39,922 bases of DNA from an uncultured bacterium (lineage in GTDB: Bacteria; Patescibacteriota; Minisyncoccia; Phycocordibacterales; UBA918), in assembly GCA_913046815.1 (NCBI GenBank), contig CAJWTE010000002.1:1-39922 (forward strand), read 5' to 3'. The translations under genes and the position numbers were made by a program. Under the pieces are notes generated by a model that was not told the origin of the DNA, searched no databases, and worked only from the letters and a program-made list of their open reading frames with translations. Below are positions 19,193-25,139 of the stretch, in pieces (position 1 is the first letter of the stretch; each line of letters starts with the position of its first letter).

Positions 19193-19510
19193 ATGATATC
19201 ATTCTTACAGAGTCACAGAGTCAACACTGAAAGGAATTTCATCATGCTCATGAAAAGCGACCGAGATGCGTTGTGTGAAGTGCTGACACACTTCGTCAAC
19301 CACCGACACGAAGACTGTTCTCGGGAGACAGTCGATTTTGATCAACGCTTTCGAGGACAGGAAGAAAATGTAGCCAACCACATATTGGAAAAGTGGTCGG
19401 ACCTGGTGCATCTGGGTCATGGGTTCTACGATCTCAAGACTGAGATATGGAGTGACGTCCATGTGTTCATCCGCAAAGACGACCAGAAGACATTTCTGGA
19501 AATATCGTAA
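19193..19510 (+). CDS. hypothetical small protein (probable start 19244, 88 aa)
   Basis: AAGGA lies 8 nt before the ATG at 19244. GC-richer than the flanks. No motif recognised. Confidence 0.5.
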   Translation: MISFLQSHRVNTERNFIMLMKSDRDALCEVLTHFVNHRHEDCSRETVDFDQRFRGQEENVANHILEKWSDLVHLGHGFYDLKTEIWSDVHVFIRKDDQKTFLEIS

Positions 19511-19592
19511 GACCGCCAAGCAAAAAGCTCGCTCGTGATATCGAGTATTCGCTTCATTTGTTTGTGCGGGCTTTTTGTATAAACACGCCGGA

Positions 19593-19620
19593 GTCTACCT
19601 ATCATCAATGATAGGTAGAC
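19593..19620. repeat. perfect 13-bp-arm palindrome
   Basis: GTCTACCTATCAT (19593-19605), CA, ATGATAGGTAGAC (19608-19620). Confidence 0.6.
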
Positions 19621-19852
19621 GAAATTTTGTACGAGACGGGCTCGGCTCTGTCATTTTGGAGTAATTCGCCCTAACCATTATCAATTGGCTCTAACGAGTA
19701 CGGATGAGTGAGGATGGCTGGGACACATTGTCAGCCACATAGATCGTGATCTAATAGCCAAACAACACAAGCAACTGTTGCTGGTCCTCTTATGGATGCC
19801 GTTTCTCTTTTATCAAATTCACAAAGGCCCCGCCGCAGCGGAGCCTATACCT

Positions 19853-20242
19853 TCAAATGTACATACTGTGTTCTAACTTATATCCAACTCCCCAAACCGA
19901 ACAAATTGGATCTGCTCCGATCTGAGGTTGCAGCGCGCGTCTGGTTTTTCTTACTAGGTCATGTGCCATTTTGTTTGCCACTGCTTGATCTGCGCATCTA
20001 TAATCCCGATTCTGCACATTCGCGCTGCATAAACTGTTGAAGGAAACGACATTGCCAGGATGTCTGGCAAGAAGACACATGACCCTGAAAGGGTGTTTGG
20101 AAAGGTGGATTAACTTCCCGTCTAACTTAGCAAGATAGACTAAATTGTTTCCATTATCAAACACAAAAACCATTCCGCACGTCTCAACCAATCGCTCTCC
20201 AGGAGAAAGAGAGTCGCCCGGATAAGTATCTCGATACATCAT
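19853..20242 (-). CDS. stand-alone OmpR/PhoB-type winged-helix DNA-binding protein (no receiver domain)
   Basis: 129 aa. LSKHPFRVMCLLARHPGNVVSFNSL ... VANKMAHDLVRKTRRAL ... VWGVGYKLE matches the trans_reg_C pattern. Very strong SD AGGAGGAGG lies 4 nt upstream. Confidence 0.75.
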   Translation of the reverse strand: MMYRDTYPGDSLSPGERLVETCGMVFVFDNGNNLVYLAKLDGKLIHLSKHPFRVMCLLARHPGNVVSFNSLCSANVQNRDYRCADQAVANKMAHDLVRKTRRALQPQIGADPICSVWGVGYKLEHSMYI

Positions 20243-20356
20243 TTTGCCTCCTCCTAATTGTACTCATTCGGAATTACTCTACAATCTTACTCAAACATGG
20301 TCAATATCTTTGTCTTTCTGGTATTATTTGCTAGTATTTGCGCACAATGAGTGTTG

Positions 20357-20427
20357 GCCCTATCGTCTAACGGCTAGGACACATGGTTCTCATCCATGAA
20401 ACCGGGGTTCGATTCCCCGTAGGGTCA
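20357..20427 (+). tRNA. tRNA-Glu (anticodon CUC)
   Basis: Manual cloverleaf. Acceptor GGCCCTA/TAGGGTC (one G-U pair), D arm GTCT..GGAC, anticodon stem CATGG/CCATG with loop TTCTCAT, T arm CGGGG-TTCGATT-CCCCG, discriminator A. The variable loop is short (AAC). No encoded CCA; CAA follows. Confidence 0.8.
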
Positions 20428-21944
20428 CAAAACGAGACTTCGTCTCGACTGAGCGAGCGCGTCGAAGACGCGCGAGATGAGGCAAGAGGAAAACGGGCTT
20501 TGCCCTGCAACACAAAACCAAAGGGTGACGAGACGGAGAAGCGCGCGGTTTTGTCACGAACCGAAGGGTTCGTTCCGACTTTTTTGACGAAAGCGGCGAT
20601 TTCGGAGAAATCATCGCTGGAGGATAAAAAGGTGGCTTGTTTCGTATCTAAAATCCACTCACGCAGGGGTTCGACCCAATTATTTCCTTGGTGGGCAAAA
20701 TCTTTCTTTTTCTCCTTTAAAGTCAGGGTGGCACGCATGATTTCGTCTTTCTTTTTAAGGTACAAGTCTTTCGGTATATCGCCATCCAAATAACTCTCCA
20801 CCAGTTTGTCCATGCGTGCTTCACTGGCTTTGATACTATCTGAAAGATTTTGTACACCACTTTGCGATGCGGTATTTTCTGCTTTCTCCCATTCCTCCAC
20901 TTTACCGAGCATGTATGCGGTATACGCATCGCAAAGCGAAATTGTTTGAAGCTGTGTCTTTAGTTGGTCGGCGAGAACGTCCTCGCGCACATATCCTTGG
21001 GAGCATGACCCTTTCTTTTTCGTACACCGATAGTACCTATATCTTCCCCCATGCCTTCCAGTTGCCCACTGAGCGGTAATCATAGAGTCACACTCTCCGC
21101 AACGAAAAAGATTGGTGAACGGAAAGTTATGACCAAGCCTTGTTTTTCTCGGCCGAGCGTTAGCCGACAAAACAACTTGTACGGCTTCAAACAATTTCGG
21201 GGAAAGTATTGGTGCAAAGCTTCCGTCAAACCATTCGTCTTTATGTTTGGTAAATCCGAGATAGGCTCGATTAGTTAGGATTCGTTTAACGGAAGCTTTG
21301 CCAAGTGGCGTACCTGCCTTTGTAGTGAGTCCAAGATCAAATAGAAAATGTGAAAGCGAGACAAGTCCATGCGTACCCTTTGCATACTCCTCATAAGCGC
21401 GCACAATAATCTGGCTATGCACTGGATGTGGCTCTATCACTTTCTTTGCCTTATTATTTACATAGCCAAAAGGAGCGCGCGTCAGCCACTCACCACGGCG
21501 TAGCTTTGCCCGCATACCTCGCTTCACATTTTGGGTTAAATTGTCCGAATAATACTTAGACTGACCAAAAGCCACTTGAAGCATGAACAACCCCTGCGGA
21601 GTGGGTTCAAACCAAAATGTCGGAAAGCGCAAAGACACTATTTTCTTTTGATCTACCGCGTAGATAACCTGCCCTCCATCTATACTATTACGTGCCAGTC
21701 TATCTGGATGCCACGCTAAAACACCAAACCCTTCCAAAGAGTTAATCTGCTCCATCATTTTATTAAAAACTGGTCTCCCGGGTGTCTTTGCGCTTTTTGA
21801 CTCTTGAAACTCCGTTAGGATTTCAAGATTTTCTTTACGCGCAAACTCTCGCATTTCAAAAAGCTGTGACTCAATAGACATGACTTGCTTATCGTCATCT
21901 TCGGTACTTTTGCGAGCGTATAGAAAATATTTTGGTTTGTTCAT
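20367..21944 (-). CDS. large serine recombinase (integrase type)
   Basis: 525 aa. Resolvase-type N-terminus YARKSTEDDDKQVMSIESQ, recombinase domain, zinc ribbon CGECDSMITAQ...YYRC, then a coiled-coil-like region. The last ~63 codons are encoded by antisense R1a and antisense tRNA-Glu, so the true C-terminus is uncertain. Confidence 0.9.
   Translation of the reverse strand: MNKPKYFLYARKSTEDDDKQVMSIESQLFEMREFARKENLEILTEFQESKSAKTPGRPVFNKMMEQINSLEGFGVLAWHPDRLARNSIDGGQVIYAVDQKKIVSLRFPTFWFEPTPQGLFMLQVAFGQSKYYSDNLTQNVKRGMRAKLRRGEWLTRAPFGYVNNKAKKVIEPHPVHSQIIVRAYEEYAKGTHGLVSLSHFLFDLGLTTKAGTPLGKASVKRILTNRAYLGFTKHKDEWFDGSFAPILSPKLFEAVQVVLSANARPRKTRLGHNFPFTNLFRCGECDSMITAQWATGRHGGRYRYYRCTKKKGSCSQGYVREDVLADQLKTQLQTISLCDAYTAYMLGKVEEWEKAENTASQSGVQNLSDSIKASEARMDKLVESYLDGDIPKDLYLKKKDEIMRATLTLKEKKKDFAHQGNNWVEPLREWILDTKQATFLSSSDDFSEIAAFVKKVGTNPSVRDKTARFSVSSPFGFVLQGKARFPLASSRASSTRSLSRDEVSFCDPTGNRTPVSWMRTMCPSR
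20412..20428. repeat. attL core (direct repeat copy 1, inside tRNA-Glu T arm/acceptor)
   Basis: ATTCCCCGTAGGGTCAC, identical to 27830-27846. Confidence 0.8.
20425..20553 (+). repeat. repeat R1a (129 bp, hairpin-rich), directly after tRNA-Glu
   Basis: Aligns without gaps to the reverse complement of 21985-22113, with 12 mismatches by manual alignment. Contains hairpins GAGAC-TTC-GTCTC, GCGCGTC-GAA-GACGCGC, GGGC-TTT-GCCC and CAAAACC...GGTTTTG. Confidence 0.9.
20553..20586 (+). terminator. intrinsic terminator-like hairpin plus T6 following R1a (antisense to the recombinase ORF)
   Basis: GTC-ACGAACC-GAAG-GGTTCGT-TCC-GAC, followed by TTTTTT (20580-20585). Confidence 0.5.
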
Positions 21945-21984
21945 AATTTTGGAAAAATTATATTTTTAGACATGAAACAAGAGG

Positions 21985-22183
21985 CAAAACCGCGCACTTT
22001 TCCGTCCCGTCACCCTTTGGTTTTGTGTTGCAGAGCAAAGCCCGTTTTCCTCTTGCTTCATCTCGCGCGCCTTCGGCGCGCTCGTTATCTAGAGACGAAG
22101 TCTCGTTTTGTGAAGAAATACTAACCCGCGCTCGAACTTACTTTGAACAGAACTAGCAACGCGCGGAGCGCGTGGTAGCTTTG
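21985..22183 (-). repeat. repeat R1b (21985-22113) plus X module (to 22183), forming the upstream/leader region of the recombinase gene
   Basis: R1b is the inverted copy of R1a. 22092-22183 is the inverted copy of 27395-27486, with 6 mismatches in 92 bp by manual alignment. Confidence 0.9.
22118..22147 (-). promoter_or_regulatory. promoter-like element inside X, pointing into R1b and the recombinase gene
   Basis: On the minus strand: TTCAAA (22147-22142), 18-nt spacer, TAGTAT (22123-22118). The same arrangement is conserved in the X copy at 27431-27460. Confidence 0.4.
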
Positions 22184-22263
22184 TACTTGAACGTACGCAT
22201 TCGCGTGCGTGGTGACGCTAAACAAGCGCCTCGGGGCGCGTTCGTCACCTCGCGCAGCAACCT

Positions 22264-22349
22264 CCAAAAATTTCCTTACCATTTCTAAAAAGCGGAAGGG
22301 GGTGCAGGGGGAAGCCGCCAAAAAGTTGAAAGGAAATTTTGGGGTTGCT
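22264..22349. repeat. repeat R2a (86 bp), perfect inverted copy of 24757-24842
   Basis: The manual reverse complement of 22264-22349 equals 24757-24842 at all 86 positions. Contains GGAAGGGGGTGCAGGGGGAAG. Confidence 0.95.
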
Positions 22350-22396
22350 AGTTTGCTTTACCTGTTCATTCTTCTTTCTCTAACGGCTGCCCTAGT

Positions 22397-22464
22397 GTAA
22401 CCAACCCGAATAACTCGAATCGCTAAGACAGCCATTAGAAAAAGCTATTCGGAAAGTTGGTTAC
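22397..22464. other. long two-tier hairpin (9-bp and 7-bp stems)
   Basis: GTAACCAAC-CCGAATA ... TATTCGG-AAA-GTTGGTTAC. Non-coding stretch between R2a and the terminators of the 306-aa ORF. Confidence 0.55.
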
Positions 22465-22484
22465 AAGTTCAGTATAGCATAATG

Positions 22485-22538
22485 AAAAACCGCTACGTGA
22501 TTTAGCGTAGCGGAAGGGTGGCGGCGTATCCGCCACCC
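22485..22538 (-). terminator. tandem terminator hairpins of the 306-aa ORF
   Basis: Read on the minus strand: GGGTGGCGG-ATACG-CCGCCACCC, then CCGCTACG-loop-CGTAGCGG followed by TTTTT. Confidence 0.75.
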
Positions 22539-22550
22539 TAGCAATTTCAA

Positions 22551-23471
22551 TCAGGAATCACGATGAGCCGCCGGACACGCGGCCTTGCATTCATCCTCGT
22601 TCCTGTAACAGTCCCAGAGTTGTCTCGGATGTTCATCCTCGAAGTGTGCAAAACTGTTTTCAATCTTGAGCACCTTTCTTGATATCGGGAAATATTGGTT
22701 GTTGAAGTCCCGATCATAAGAGTGAGAATGGTACACAACCCAGACCTTTTCGCCAGGCTTCACCCAGGAGATTGTCCTAAGTCTTTGTCCGAGAGCACTG
22801 TATTCTGTCTCTGCTCGCCCGAGCTTGCCCATGAGATCTTCGACCATCGTTTCGGCTGCAGCATAGAGTCGCTCAACAATTCCACGAAGCAGATACGAAC
22901 CGTTTTCCTTGTCCTGAAAACACCACTCGACGACCTTGAAGAGACTGACCTCAGAAACCTTGAGGTGTTCTTTAGTATCGTCGCTCCGTCTGTAAACCGT
23001 GTTGGTGAGTGACCCTGGAATAGCCGGATGTTTCCGTTTCTCCAGAAGCCATACGGTGTTCAGAATACAGAAGCGACCACCTCTATCAAGCAGAAGATGT
23101 TCACACGGTATCTCCTCCGGATAGCTGGCGTGGCCTTGAGCCATACTCTTGAAGCTTGACGGAAAGCTGTGACGCACTCCGCAGACGAGGAAGTCATGTC
23201 CCCAGCTAAACTCGCGCGATGCGCCAACATCGCCGAACCAGATTCTTGACGGAGGGCTTGAGTTGTATAGGCTCACGCCGTCATCCTCGGGAATGTCGAT
23301 TACTGGTACAAGTGTCGCCGGTTTGAATCCGTGAAGAAATTTTGGATTCACGATCTTCAGAGTTGATTTTATGATCTCCATCCAATCCCCAAAGGGAATT
23401 GCCTTGGGGTCAAGTACCTCACGACCTTCGAAAAAAGCAATTGTGTGTTCAGCATCCCTGACCGTAGCCAT
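22551..23471 (-). CDS. hypothetical protein, 306 aa, no recognisable family
   Basis: Long GC-rich ORF with SD AGAGAGG 8 nt upstream and its own terminators. No motif I can name. Confidence 0.7.
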   Translation of the reverse strand: MATVRDAEHTIAFFEGREVLDPKAIPFGDWMEIIKSTLKIVNPKFLHGFKPATLVPVIDIPEDDGVSLYNSSPPSRIWFGDVGASREFSWGHDFLVCGVRHSFPSSFKSMAQGHASYPEEIPCEHLLLDRGGRFCILNTVWLLEKRKHPAIPGSLTNTVYRRSDDTKEHLKVSEVSLFKVVEWCFQDKENGSYLLRGIVERLYAAAETMVEDLMGKLGRAETEYSALGQRLRTISWVKPGEKVWVVYHSHSYDRDFNNQYFPISRKVLKIENSFAHFEDEHPRQLWDCYRNEDECKAACPAAHRDS

Positions 23472-23649
23472 GTCGGATTCCTCTCTCTTTCAAATAGCAC
23501 TCCTGACCGTAGTCATGTCGAGCGCTGGTTGCTGTTATGGAACTCCTGTTCCGTTGCTACAGTGCTTTAAAATAGTGGTTTTGTCAACTAATCAACAGGC
23601 AGCTGTAAAAAGTTATAATTTGAACACAAATTTTGTTATACTAAGAATA

Positions 23650-24117
23650 ATGACCAAGAAAGCGACATACAGCGCTGATAATGTCGCCAAGTATCTTATT
23701 TACCTTGCCTCTCAAGAACTTGTCGGTGATAATCAAGAACGTGAAGGGATAACAAACCTTAAGTTACAAAAGGTGCTGTATTTTGTGCAAGCTTATTATC
23801 TTGCAAAATTGGGACATCCGTTGTTTTCAGACAAAATTGAAGCTTGGGAGTATGGACCTGTGATTCCAACTGTGTACAGAAAGTACAGAGCCAACGTTAG
23901 CAACCCAATAATTTTGGATGAAGATAAATCCACTCTTTCTGAGGAGGATAAAAAGAATGTACAAAAAATTTGGGAAACTTTTGGTGGTTACTCAGCTAGT
24001 CGTTTGGTAGATATTACTCATGCACATTCACCTTGGAAAGATGCCAGTCAAACTGCCAGTAAAGTTATTACAGCGAAGTCGCTAAGAGAATATTACACTC
24101 CTTTGCTAAACAAATAG
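23650..24117 (+). CDS. Panacea-domain (DUF4065, SocA/GepA-like) antitoxin-type protein
   Basis: 155 aa from the ATG at 23650; the ORF-track start at 23371 is an extension through the divergent promoter region. ITNLKLQKVLYFVQAYYLAKLGHPLFSDKIEAWEYGPVIPTVY and GGYSASRLVDITHAHSPW match the DUF4065 pattern. Confidence 0.8.
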   Translation: MTKKATYSADNVAKYLIYLASQELVGDNQEREGITNLKLQKVLYFVQAYYLAKLGHPLFSDKIEAWEYGPVIPTVYRKYRANVSNPIILDEDKSTLSEEDKKNVQKIWETFGGYSASRLVDITHAHSPWKDASQTASKVITAKSLREYYTPLLNK

Positions 24118-24130
24118 GCAAGGTTAATCC

Positions 24131-24532
24131 TTGTTTATGGACGGTCTAGATATTCCGACAAAATTTGATCTTGGGTACGCTGAGTCAAATGTGTGCTTTT
24201 CGATTACTGATTGTTCATTGAAGAAGTACTCGTTCTGGTGTTTGAACAAACAACAAGCAGAAACTTTGCTAAAACGATTGAAGCATATTGAAAAACTCAC
24301 ATGGAGCCAGTTCATAAATCTATCTAGACAAGACGGAGTCACGCCTGAAAAGAATGATACACCCAACTTTATAATGATCCATGAAGAAAATACCTCGCCC
24401 GACAAAATGGTTGAACAATATTATTTTCATTTCCGCATTGAGAAGAGAGGATTATTTCGTGTCTTCGGGTATCAGAAGAAACAATTCTTTTGTATAACTC
24501 ATATTGATCCGAATGGAAAAATAAACCACTAA
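24131..24532 (+). CDS. hypothetical protein, 133 aa; candidate toxin partner of the Panacea protein
   Basis: Starts 13 nt after the Panacea gene (TTG at 24131 or ATG at 24137). C-terminal RGLFRVFGYQKKQFFCITHIDPNGKINH is loosely reminiscent of RelE/ParE-superfamily C-termini, but no firm family assignment is possible. Confidence 0.6.
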   Translation: MFMDGLDIPTKFDLGYAESNVCFSITDCSLKKYSFWCLNKQQAETLLKRLKHIEKLTWSQFINLSRQDGVTPEKNDTPNFIMIHEENTSPDKMVEQYYFHFRIEKRGLFRVFGYQKKQFFCITHIDPNGKINH

Positions 24533-24559
24533 AATTAACAAAGTTACTAAGCTCACCTA

Positions 24560-24704
24560 ACAGCACCGCAGCAGCTCGCGCGAACGAATGTGAGCGAGCT
24601 ATGCGAAGGTGCTGTAGGCGTGAGCATGTATAGCGTACCACCTGCTCTGTATACGCGACAGCGCCTCGGGTGCCACCAGTCTGGAGAAAGTGATGAACAA
24701 AGCC
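24560..24704 (+). repeat. repeat Y, copy B (about 145 bp), direct copy of 27249-27401
   Basis: About 80 percent identity by eye with one ~9-nt indel. Nested stems are conserved in both copies: CAGCACC/GGTGCTG and AGCTCGC/GCGAGCT. Followed by hairpin AGCCCCT-loop-AGGGGCT (24701-24723). Confidence 0.8.
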
Positions 24705-24756
24705 CCTACTTCTTAAAGGGGCTTTGTGAAGAACTTTTGGAAGACTGGGAGGCAAA

Positions 24757-24842
24757 AGCAACCCCAAAATTTCCTTTCAACTTTTTGGCGGCTTCCCCCT
24801 GCACCCCCTTCCGCTTTTTAGAAATGGTAAGGAAATTTTTGG
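24757..24842. repeat. repeat R2b (86 bp), perfect inverted copy of 22264-22349
   Basis: See R2a. Confidence 0.95.
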
Positions 24843-24845
24843 GTA

Positions 24846-24927
24846 TTGCGAGTTTGCCGACCCCACTTATTATAATATATCACACTATATCAATGTAACA
24901 CATGAATGGTTAGAATGTTGATATAGT
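24846..24927 (+). promoter_or_regulatory. putative promoter and operator of the XRE gene
   Basis: TTGCGA (24846-24851) with TATTAT at 16 nt or TATAAT (24871-24876) at 19 nt. 10-bp inverted repeat ACTATATCAA (24884-24893) / TTGATATAGT (24918-24927) ends at the ATG. Confidence 0.4.
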
Positions 24928-25137
24928 ATGAATAGCAAGGCAGTTAAACAGTTCGCTTCGAACATGAAGCAAGTGCGTGAAGCGAAGAAAATGTCGCAAG
25001 GTGACATTTTCAGAGTGACAGGTATCGAAAGAGCGTATATCAGTAACCTCGAAGCTGGCAAACAAAATCCAACGTTAGAAACGATCGAAAAGATAGCACA
25101 AGCGTTGGGTGTTGAAGTTAGTGAATTAACAAAGTAA
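24928..25137 (+). CDS. XRE-family (Cro/CI-type) HTH transcriptional regulator
   Basis: 69 aa. MSQGDIFRVTGIERAYISNLEAGKQNPTLETIEKIAQALGV is a textbook HTH_3 pattern. Confidence 0.88.
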   Translation: MNSKAVKQFASNMKQVREAKKMSQGDIFRVTGIERAYISNLEAGKQNPTLETIEKIAQALGVEVSELTK

Positions 25138-25139
25138 GT

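Noticed and set aside
20477-20587. A 36-codon ORF inside R1a (MRQEENGLCPATQNQRV...), with a 31-codon counterpart inside R1b, as a possible leader peptide.
   Set aside because: Differences between the two copies are mostly non-synonymous (R/K, P/S, R/G, R/K), the ends differ, and there is no SD. The hairpin-preserving substitutions fit an RNA/DNA structure better than coding.
20383-20793. Plus-strand ORF 20383..20793 and minus-strand ORF 20390..20614, which overlap the recombinase 3' region.
   Set aside because: They are alternative frames of the recombinase gene, R1a and the tRNA. The recombinase frame has clear family motifs upstream, and these two have none.
20367-22113. Recombinase plus 129-bp terminal inverted repeats interpreted as an autonomous IS-like transposon.
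   Set aside because: No target-site duplication is visible. R1a overlaps the att core/tRNA end, and R1b continues into the longer X/Y repeat shared with other island positions. Large serine recombinases act site-specifically rather than via TIR ends. I kept it as a structural finding instead.
22121-22321. ORFs 22121..22321 (-) and 24590..24898 (+) share the peptide AASPCTPFRFLEMVRKFL. ORF 27197..27406 (-) lies within the Y repeat.
   Set aside because: The shared peptide is a trivial consequence of the perfect 86-bp inverted repeat. The ORFs lie wholly in repeat DNA, have no SD, and have odd composition.
23371-23649. N-terminal 93-codon extension of the Panacea ORF given by the ORF track.
   Set aside because: The extension overlaps the start of the divergent 306-aa gene and the intergenic promoter region. 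DUF4065 homology begins just after the ATG at 23650.
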